Positions 11,510 through 21,400 of a stretch of 64,000 nt of DNA are shown piece after piece (within the stretch, counting starts at the first letter, position 1; every line of letters starts with the position of its first letter). A program made the translations under genes and the position numbers. Location of the stretch: the NCBI GenBank assembly GCA_002269645.1, contig NIVC01002701.1, positions 62,001 through 126,000 of the forward strand, read 5' to 3'. The stretch comes from Macrostomum lignano. Lineage: Eukaryota. The notes beneath the pieces were generated by a model. That model worked only from the letters and a program-made list of their open reading frames with translations, was not told where the DNA came from and made no database searches.

Positions 11510-12911
11510 TCACTGCCAAAGAGATAGCAGAGTGGCGATGGGGGGCAGAGCCACCCGAGCTGCAGGCGGAGGTGGCGGAGGCTGCTGCTGCTGCTGGTGT
11601 TGAATAACAACTCCATGACCGGGAGGGTATCCGTCCATTTGCAGCGCAGAATACTGATGCTGGTGCGGCATCAATGCGGGCGAAGCGGCGCCGACCATCT
11701 GAGGTAGAGTCGGCTGCGGAGGCGGAGGCGGCGGCAGAGGCGGCGGCGCAAGGGCGGGGTCCTGTACACCTGTCAGCATTGGCGCAGCATCAGCAGCAGT
11801 TGAATTGGGCGCAGCAGCCGCAGCCGCAGCAGCAGCAGCCGCCTTCTTAGCATTATTCAACGACTTCTTCGACGGCGGCGGCACCCAATCGGGCAGGCGG
11901 CCCTGCAAATTGAGGCGTCGCCTGTCGCGCCATCGACGACGCTGGAACCAAGCGGCCACGCGATTGGCTGCCACGCCTAGCCGGCTGGCCAGCTTAGCCC
12001 GATCAGCCGGCGTCTGGTATTTGGCAGCCGAATAAACCGACTCGAGCGCCGCCCGTTGCTGCTCGGTGAACCGCTGATTATGCCGACTGTCCGCGCCACC
12101 GCTGCTGCTGACGCTGTCATCGTCGTCGTTGTCGGCACCCAGTGAGCCAGACAGGTCGCCGCCGTCGGCGGTGCCAACGTTGCCAGCTTTGGTCTGGATT
12201 TAAACAAAATCGTTAAACTGCTTAGTAAAACATGCTTTGGAAAGTTATTTTCGATACATATCGGCGAGGCAATTAGACTTTCATTTAATCATGATCTTTT
12301 GATTTTTTTATTTATTTAATCCAAATCTATTTTCGATACATATCGGCAACTTGACTTTTTCTTTATAAACACAATGGTAAGTCTTTGCTACTTTATTGAA
12401 AACTATTTTCGATACATATCGGCAACTTGCCTTTTCTATAAACACACACAATGGTTAGTCTTTGTTACTTTGTTGAAGACTACATAATCATAAATTTTAC
12501 TTGATTTCAGTGAATAAGGCCCTTTAACTTTTTATGTAGAAAGAAACACTCAAGAGAAACAGTTAAGAAAGACTGTTATTGCTTAATTAGAAAACTAAAA
12601 ATCGACCTCACCTTCTTTTTCTTCTTTTTTGGAACACTATCTCCACCAGAAGCAGTGCTAGCTGAGACTGAGGCTGCCTCATCAATGCTCTGACTGGCTT
12701 GGCGTTTTAGGTTCATTGCATCAGGCCAATTGTCAGGCCTGTGCATAGTAGCAGCATCTGCTGCTTGGCTAGCAGGCACCAGGGCAAAGTCAGTGGCAAC
12801 TGGGGCAGGTGCAACCAGAGGTGAATCTGTCAAACTACCAATTAGAGACCAATCGTCATTGCTGAAGCTGCTGCAAAAGTCTTCTTGGCTCTGCTCGAAT
12901 GAAGCCTGCAT
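11510..12911 (-). CDS. Divergent homeobox transcription factor; exons 12911-12612 and 12193-11510
   Basis: Spliced phase-0 GT..AG. Exon 2 encodes RHNQRFTEQQRAALESVYSAAKYQTPADRAKLASRLGVAANRVAAWFQRRRWRDRR, with homeodomain spacing (F8, L16, W48, F49, R53). A poly-K NLS precedes the intron and the C-terminus is poly-A/P/Q. Confidence 0.82.
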
Positions 12912-13922
12912 TTGAGTCTAGGCCCATGCAATTAAATATTGCGTTGGTTTTTTTATTATTTTATTTCACTATAATTATAGCTACAACCATGGAATACTAT
13001 GCTACCTACAATAAATTTAGCAGTTTAAAGCTTTAACTCTAGGTTTTCATAGTTATTGCTATATTGCTATATAAGCAACTACTTATAGAATGACTATAAA
13101 ATATACAATAGAAATTTAAGAAGCAGTTGTTTTGCCTCTTAATGTACTTAAATATATAATAGACTTAAAAAGACCTCTAATATGGTAAGGATATGATAAA
13201 ACTATATAGATAAAAGGTTAATACTACTCTACCCTTATTAGGTTATGCTTATTATTTTGTAATTATTCAATTTTATTAAGCTTTTATTAGGATTAAAAAT
13301 AAAGTCATTTTTTATCATTGTCTTTGACATTATAAATATTTTATAGAATATAGGTCTACAATTATAAAGATTATATAAATTACAATGTTTTCATTTTGTA
13401 ATAGTATAGTCGTATAGATATAGAGGTAGGTCTATGATAACAATATTGAAAAATTGAAGCATTATTAACATAATGCCATAGCCTATGGCCATAGTATCGC
13501 ATTATTCTTAAATTTAAAATATTAAAAATATATATATAGGCCTATATTTATTGACTTTATTGTCATAGGAATTTTTGTCTAGCCTATCTATAGACTACCA
13601 TATTATATAACTACTACCATATTAGAAGTGATATCATAACATTCACATATATCTAAATAGTATAGAATGAGCACCTGCAGACTAGACTTAGAGGGGAATT
13701 AGCCACTAGCTTCAATGCATTGGTCATTGACATTTTGGATAGATAAATGGAGAAATGTGGTGTTGATACTTTGAATTGAAAATCTATCATTTTGAAGATG
13801 TCTATAGCATTGATTGTGAGCATGCAACATGCTAGGGGCCTAGGCCTAGCATGCAGTGGTAGGCCTAAACAAAAAAATTGATAGGCTCCCTGCTGCTTAT
13901 TATGCAAATGGAACATGACTAG

Positions 13923-14327
13923 TAGAGGTCGGACGGGATTGAAATCTTCGGGCGGGATCGGGATCGGGAATAATTTTTTTCTCGGGATCGGGATCGGGAT
14001 CGGGATCGGGATTCGGGAATCGGGATCAGGTCTTTTAGTGTATTGTCCATGTAAAGTTAAACAAAATTGAGAAAAGATTGTCAAGATCAAGAAGTAAAAC
14101 ACAACGAAATTGATATGAAGTTTTGTAACCAACAAAGTAAATAATATAACGAGTACAAGTTGAAGCAAAATACCTTTAAGTAATCACTAATTCTATAAAT
14201 TATTAATCGAAAGACCTGTTCCCGAATCTCGACTTTTTTAGGGTCGGGATTCTGGTCCCGCGGGAATTCAATTTTCCTCGGGATCCCGAGATTTCGGAAT
14301 CGGGATCGGGATCCCGTCCGACCTCTA
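13923..14327. mobile_element. Non-autonomous hAT-type MITE (405 bp)
   Basis: Perfect 17-bp TIR TAGAGGTCGGACGGGAT / ATCCCGTCCGACCTCTA; 8-bp TSD ATGACTAG at 13915-13922 and 14328-14335; subterminal CGGGAT repeats at both ends. Confidence 0.88.
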
Positions 14328-14972
14328 ATGACTAGGCCTACTTGCTTTGTGTCGGGATTTTGACCGAAATTTGCAAGAATTTTCAACCAAGGACTGTTTG
14401 AAAGAATATAATATTTTATAACAAAATTTATAAAAATTTGTTTTTTAGAAACTAAAAAAACAATTTGCATCATTGCGATTTTGATACCAGAAAACATGTT
14501 GGCCTAACTAAAACTAAAAGAAATTACAGTTTAGATACAAAAATCTAGCTCTAGCTGTAGGTTAATATTTTAAAGGTAATAATTTTTTCTTCAGAATTAA
14601 AACTTAAAATGAAAGCATTTAATGAAAATACATAAGTTACATTGAAGAAACGCGCGACCGCGCGCGCGCGTCACGGGCCGAAATTTTATATACTTTTTAT
14701 AACTTTAAATATCCGCAAAATTTTACTCAAAGTTACTAATAATTAAAACAAGTTAAGCAGAATATTTTAGTTAACACAGAAGAATGCTGTATGAACTAAC
14801 CAAAATTTCCGTACTAAAAATAGGTGTATAAAATGGTGATTTTAGTTTTTACAATAAAAATGTTACTTTGCATCTATGGAGCTTTTTCACAGTTTTAAGT
14901 TAAAATATCTAGATTATTGCTAGGCTATAGCTATTGCTCAAGTCCTTACCAATTTCAGTGCTAATTTTGAGC

Positions 14973-15869
14973 ATGGCACTTACTTTCATCGAGCCAACCG
15001 TTTTGTACAACTACCTAAGCCACCATTCTGAATATCCCAATACATCAAACACAAACTATCTTCTTCTCTTGGATTGCCGCACCCGGGAGGAGTACAACGA
15101 AAGTCACGTCGTTCTAGGAAAATTTGTTAAGTTAGACGAGCAAAGCAATGATTTCAAGCTACCCTATGATGCTGAACTAGAATGTAAAGAGAACGTAGTT
15201 GTTTACGATGGAAACACGTCAGATCTGGACGAGGATAGCAACGCTGTTCGCTGTGCAAAGTTGATGGCAAACAATGGAAGCAAGAACCCTGTGCAAATCG
15301 TCACCGGGGGTTATGAGCGTTTCTCGGCTCTCTACCCATTCTTGAGGACCCAGAAAATCATCTTTATGCCACAGGAATTGGATAGTCGCCAACCATATCC
15401 CTACGAAGTAGTTCCCGGTAAACTCTACCTGGGTAGCCTGGCTCAGGCGAGTCTGCCACACGTGATGAAGGATCTAAAAATCAAGGCCCATGTGAAATGC
15501 ACTAACGAGGAGAATCCCATGATCGAAAAGCTCGGCCACGAACTGCTCCTGCTGCCAACAAAGAATTTAGTAGATTGCCAAGTCAAAGACTACTTCGCCA
15601 TGGCTGCCGCATTCATTGGCCAGCAGATCAACGACGGGATCGTCAAGCCGACTTTGGTCTACTGCGACGACGGAGTGTCCTGCAGCCCGGTGTACATCCT
15701 GGCCTTCCTCATGTCCCAATTCGATCTGAGCCTGAAGGAGGCCTGGACGGACCTGAGACGGTGTCACAGTTATTTTTTCCTGAACAGCGGCTTCGTGCAG
15801 CAACTGTGCGACTTTGAAGAGGAGCTGATGGGCAAACGGATGACAGATCCCGACTCTCTGCAGGCATAG
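14973..15869 (+). CDS. STYXL1: STYXL1/MK-STYX-like pseudophosphatase (rhodanese + dual-specificity phosphatase domain), single coding exon
   Basis: EPTVLYNYL, LLLDCRTREEYNESHV, GGYERFSALYPFLRTQKIIFMPQELD and QPYPYEVVPGKLYLG closely parallel vertebrate STYXL1 as recalled. Probable ATG at 14973 (MALTFIEP). Confidence 0.9.
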   Translation: MALTFIEPTVLYNYLSHHSEYPNTSNTNYLLLLDCRTREEYNESHVVLGKFVKLDEQSNDFKLPYDAELECKENVVVYDGNTSDLDEDSNAVRCAKLMANNGSKNPVQIVTGGYERFSALYPFLRTQKIIFMPQELDSRQPYPYEVVPGKLYLGSLAQASLPHVMKDLKIKAHVKCTNEENPMIEKLGHELLLLPTKNLVDCQVKDYFAMAAAFIGQQINDGIVKPTLVYCDDGVSCSPVYILAFLMSQFDLSLKEAWTDLRRCHSYFFLNSGFVQQLCDFEEELMGKRMTDPDSLQA

Positions 15870-17254
15870 ACGGTGTGCTCGACTTGAACCTGCTGAACTG
15901 ATTGGAATGGAAATTTATCACTCCGTTACGAACTGAGAAATGTACAATACGATAATTCTACAAGTAAATGTATACTATAATTCTTTAAAAGTAAAAAAAA
16001 TGACAGACAAAAATGCCTATTTGCTTTTTTCAATGTTGCCTGCTAAAGCCACTGATCACAGATTTTTCATGAAATTTCAGATTTTCATTGCAACTTTAAT
16101 TTCATTTGCACATGTTATAATATATAGTTTTGACAAAATTAACTATTTGAAAAGTAAGAATTCGTGTTAACTATACCGACAAGATAATTAGCAAAAAAAC
16201 ATCAAGAAAGTACACTTTCTGTAATTATATTCTAGAAAAAAGTATTGCCAACAGGAATTTTAAAATAGATGTACATTTAGACGCGCTAGACTTGAAAACA
16301 GTAGTTTTGAAGACATGAAATCTATTTTTCAGAATATATAAATAAAGTGTTGAACACACTACTTACAGTAGCAACATATAAACGAAGTAGACGGAATCGC
16401 TCTTGATTTTCTAAGAAATGAGCTGGCGCCATGCAGTACGGAGCTCTGAGAGATCGCAGAGTGCTGAATGAGGTTCCTCCAATAAAGAAAACTACACCGA
16501 TACAAAGCCCATTTTTCGAAAGCTGCATATGCTAAATACGCACCAGCGATATGACAATATTCCTTCCCTGCCAGGCTCCAGATCATTTCTAAGAAAACCC
16601 GAGTGTAGTGTCCTTCTACTAACAGGTGGACATATCAAAGGTACAAAAAATCAATAGTGATACGCCTTTTAAACGATTATCATTTTTCATTTCAACGATT
16701 TTCATTAACCTGACAGGCAGACAGAAGACAGAGGGACAGACCAGAAAAAAGCAAGAAAATAGAACTAGAGCCTAGCAGTAACGGTCAGGAATAGAAAGAA
16801 GCTTTTCTGTGTAATTAATTACTAAATCCTTCGTTGCATCAACAAACAAACATAATCCCATCTAAAGCCTTAAAATCCATTTATAAAGATCGACTATGTT
16901 AGTAGGCGTGTCATGCAAGCAGTTTAATTCGTGGTTTATAGCCTAGTGTGCATGCTGTGCTTCGGGGGGGAGGGCAGGGCAATGTATGACAGTGGTTAGC
17001 TCGTAACGTGTCAGATTGTAGCGCTAAAGTAGCCGGGTCCGATCACAGATTCCAGAAAAACTAGAAATGTCGCGCAGCACTTAAAGTTGTGAAAAAGCAG
17101 AACGTCTACTCTTTTCCAGTAGTTTGTCTGCGCAGTGTCACATAAATTTAATGTGGCAGCTAAAATTTCCTCCTTCCTCGGGGCTTGGGGCTTTAGGAGC
17201 ACATTAAAAAAACAACAAGCGTGTAACTAAATGCACACAAGTGAACGCAATACG

Positions 17255-17690
17255 GACAAAACTTAGCCTAGAGGGCAGACCTAATCTAGCTCGTAGCTCA
17301 GCCAATGAGAGAGCAGTAAGGAGAGAGGTCAAAGTCAGACGGACGAAACTCAGTCTAGGGGGCAGGCCCAATCTGGACCAGCCATGCAATGAGAGAGCAG
17401 TAAGGAGAGAGGTCAAAGTAAGATGGACGAAACTCAGTCTAGGGGGCAGGCCCAATCTAGCCCAGCCAATGAGAGAGAAGTAAGGAGAGAGGTCAAAGTC
17501 AGACGGACGAAACTCAGTCTAGGGGGCAGGCCCAATCTGGACCAGCCATGCAATGAGAGAGCAGTAAGGAGAGAGGTCAAAGTAAGATGGACGAAACTCA
17601 GTCTAGGGGGCAGGCCCAATCTAGCCCAGCCAATGAGAGAGAAGTAAGGAGAGAGGTCAAAGTCAGACGGACGAAACTCAGTTTGCTTGT
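17255..17690. repeat. 80/84-bp tandem repeat in alternating dimers
   Basis: AATGAGAGAGCAGTAAGGAGAGAGGTCAAAGTCAGACGGACGAAACTCAGTCTAGGGGGCAGGCCCAATCT... repeated about 5 times. Confidence 0.88.
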
Positions 17691-18414
17691 AGAAAGCCAG
17701 AGGCGATAGTTGTGCAGCTTCAAAAACGTGTATATCTCTGTTAAATCTAATAGATTTCTAATTGTACTATTATAAAGGCAAAAAACATTAATTGCTTCTG
17801 AAAAAAGCAGACGAGCGCATTTTTGTTCTTGAAATCGTTATTTTGGTTTCTGTGTGAGATTCGATTGCGTGCTTGATCACATTACCGTATTTAATTTCGG
17901 TCACTTATTTTCGGTCAAGAGCTCGTTGTTCAGCGACTGCTCGCCTCATCGCTGCCATTTTCGAGCCGACTATCGCCCTATTTTAGGCAGGTGCATGTCG
18001 TAGCTACTAAGATTCGGCGAGGTTTCTTGGTTTAATTAAAAGACCTCACTTCTGACAGTAAGGAGAAGGTAGTACTCGAAAATGATGCAAATTTTCAGCT
18101 AACATGTCGACAAAAAATCAATGGAACGGCCTCTAGCATTAATCTCTTCAATGCTAAAATATACGTCGTTAAACTTGTAAAGATAAATCGAAACTGCAGT
18201 TGTCTATATAGTTATGCCATGGGTTCTTAGCCACAGCCGCAGCGAAAGAGACTTATGAAAGGAAATATTGTCATACTATAGCTATCTAGCCCATTAGAGA
18301 GACGATCAGACGCATTTAGGTCAACAATGCTCTAGTAAAAATGTAGCAAATAACTATACGTGTAACTCAAAGAAATAACTTTCATGATAGATGGAGTCCA
18401 TCCAATACTACATC

Positions 18415-21400
18415 TTAGACTGTGTGCAAAGTTGCTAAGGGACCGGAACTGGACTCTGACCTCTGCTGCTGTTGCTGCTGCTGCTGCAGTCGTATTCCGG
18501 CCTCCATTTTGCCAGCAATGTACCGGAAAACCTCGCGCCACGCCCTATCAACGGAAGCTGTGTAGCAGTCAGCCAGTCGTTCCCTCAGCGCGAAGCTGAC
18601 AGCGGGCCAGAGGCGCTGGTCATTGAAATTGGGGTTGCATGGTGACGTAAATTTGTTTTAAATACGTGCAAATAAGTGTTTGAGGTCACGTGAGTAGCGT
18701 CTAGGGGCTGTCATTCGCTACGTTGATGCAGTCAGGGTTGTAAGATTTTAATTGGAAAGAGGCTGTCAGAGATGCCAAGAGGAGAAAGGCGCTGACAAAG
18801 GCACCAATGAAGTGTTTGTAGGTCTCTCTCGGGGTTGTCTCGAGGTGGCCTGGTAGGTCTTTGAATCCCACCGCTGCCACCAGTGAAGTGGTTGCTTGTA
18901 CTTTCCTCGATAGCGTCTAGAGGTGGCCTGGTAGGTCTTTGAATCCCACCGCTGCCACCAGTGAAGTACTCTGTTATTCCGGCTACTTCCCTGTCAGTCA
19001 CGTGAGCTGCCTACTTTGAGCTCTTGGTAGACTCTCCCAGGAAGTCTTCTAGCAATCCTTGGTAGTGTTGGTAGTGCTGCCACCAGCTCGCTCGGATCTT
19101 GTCCTTCGGTGAGGGAGACTCCGGGCTGAGCGAAAGAAACGAGACACGAGAACTCAGCACGTCGTGCAGATTTGACCGTTTGTACCGGTGCACACCTCGT
19201 CAGCGGTCCTGCCGGGCTCAAGTGTGGGGATGAGGAACTGTGCTAGTCTCTGTTAGTTCGGTTGGGATTTAGCACACTCGAGGACACACAGCCGCAGATG
19301 GATCAGAAATCAGATAGGTTGGCTAAGGCCTAGCGCAAGCTGCGCTGGACTTCCAACAGAGCAGTTATCAGAAGAACTAACGCACAGGTAAACGAGAGGT
19401 TTCACAGAGGGGGCGGTTGCCAAACAGAGGCACGAGAGGCCCGTACTTATAGGGTAGCGGATCGGTTTCACCATACCGTGCAACACCCCATTGCGCCAGA
19501 GTGCGCAAGGCCGCTCTCACTGCCCCCAATCTGGCGTGAATCAGTTCTATTTTTAGAAACAGGCGCGGAACCCTCAATTTGAGAGGCAAGGACGCCATTC
19601 CTAATTTAGAGCCTGACACCCGAGATTGCACAAGGCAGCGCAAGAAAAGGACAGAGCGCCGGGGCACGTGATCCGCTCCCGTACGGCCAGACAGAGAGTA
19701 CAGCCAGAACTGGCTGGACTCGAGCCAAGAGAACGCAGCCACACAAAAAGGGGGAAGGAGACAGACAAAGAATGAAACAAGGACAGGCCGAGCGGAGAAG
19801 CTCAGACGCTGGGAACGCAAACGAACCGGAAAAAGGGGGGGACAAAAGGGAGCGCAGGCAGACAAAAGGACAACGAGGGAGGGAGAGGGAGAGAGAGGAG
19901 TGGGAGAGGGAGAGAGAGAGGGAGAGGGAGAGAGGGAGGGAGAGCTGCGGCCAGCGGCAGCCAACAGCTCAGGAGGGCGCAGGGCACAGCTGACAAAGGG
20001 GGCACCTAACACTAAAGTAGTGCTCACTTCACTCTCCCCGTTCAAATGATGAGGCGGAGTGCAAGCGTAGCCGCTTTATTTAAAACAAACAAGTTAAATT
20101 GTACTTTAACAAAATATAAACTTCGGCGTTAATTTGAGTTTAGGCAGCATAAAGATGGTAGAGATTGTACCTGAAGGATAAGCATAAAATGCATTAGTGT
20201 CGGATTAATACCGGCTGACCTGATTGAATGCAAAACGCGGCAATGTTAAGTAGGCGAGTTTGCTGTTCGAAATGCGGGCTGACGCCCTACTAAATGCCTA
20301 TAGCCATGATGGGGGCGTCGGCCCACTAATAGAGTAAAACAAAGGACGCCTAAATAAGTTGGTGGGATGCCGGGAGTCAAATGGCAGAGCCCGGGGAGAA
20401 GGCGCATGCGGCGAGAGGAGAAAATAAAATAATGCAGTTGCGCGCGACTTGCGCTTGCCTGGAGGGGGCCCTACCCTCTTTAGAGTTCAAAGTAAGGGCC
20501 AGGTTCAGCGTGGCATCAAGCAAAGAGGTGGGTGCGTCCTGGCGACGGCCGACCCAGCGGCGAGCACACCTGTCAGCGTCAAGGCTACCAGATCGGGCGG
20601 CTCAGGGCCAGGTGGCCTGGGCGATGCGGTCGGGCAAGTCCGGGACTCGGCCGGCCATCACACGGGCGATACGGCGGGCCACCGCCCTAAGCACAGCCGG
20701 GTGTTCAGGATGGCGGACCGCGGCACCGGCGATGTCCGCACCGTGGTCCATCGCGGCTTGGCGCTCGATGTCATCAAGAGCCCGCATCTCGGCCCAGATG
20801 GGCTCGTTGAAGGAGGGCCATTCGCCATCTTGAGCCGCCGCCACAAAACAGCCGGCGAGATGCTCGGCGACGGTGTGGGCTAAGCTGATGGGCACACTCG
20901 GTGTCGGCTGGAGGTCGGCGTCATGCGGGTTGGCTGCCTGAATGTATGCGTCGGCCCTGGATGGGCCCTCAGCCTGGGTGGCGGCATCGATGCAGCGGGG
21001 CTCGGCCGGGGAGTTGGGCGGGGCCTGCGGCAGAGCGAGCCGGAGCTCCTCGGCGAGGTCGCTCCAGCTATACGTAATCTCGTTGGCGTCGCTGAATTCA
21101 GCCTCGGAGGTCTGGGTGCCCATGGTCACCGATGTCGGAGCCCTGTTGGCCCCGGTCACAATCAGCTTTGCGGCCGCTGCTGCAGTTTTACCCGGGGGAT
21201 CTTCCCGCGGCTGACTGGCGATGGGCTCCAGCGTCTCCGGAGTGGAAGACCCAGCCGTAGGGCCGTCTGCACCGAACGCGGCCGCAAAAGCGGCGAAGCT
21301 GGTTGGGCCTCCGGGTAGATGCGAGGGCGCGGCCGCCGATGGCCTTGCAGTGGTCACCGGATCGACAGGTCGTCGGGGATGTCGCTGCCGGTGAGCCTCT

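Noticed and set aside
13653-14497. Two minus-strand ORFs (IPIPIPIP)
   Set aside because: They run through the MITE subterminal CGGGAT repeats and AT-rich DNA, with non-ATG starts
19985-20010. Similarity between LTR sequence GCTGACAAAGG..GCACC and the left target flank GCTGACAAAGGCACC (about 18790-18805)
   Set aside because: Short match, 20 nt inside the LTR; a clean TSD shows ordinary integration, so homology-directed targeting is unsupported
18732-20045. ORFs within the LTRs (and twins at 28424-29596), including the GTG-started N-terminal extension of gag to 28431
   Set aside because: Low-complexity LTR sequence with non-ATG starts; gag more plausibly starts at ATG 28149. The upstream open frame may be chance.
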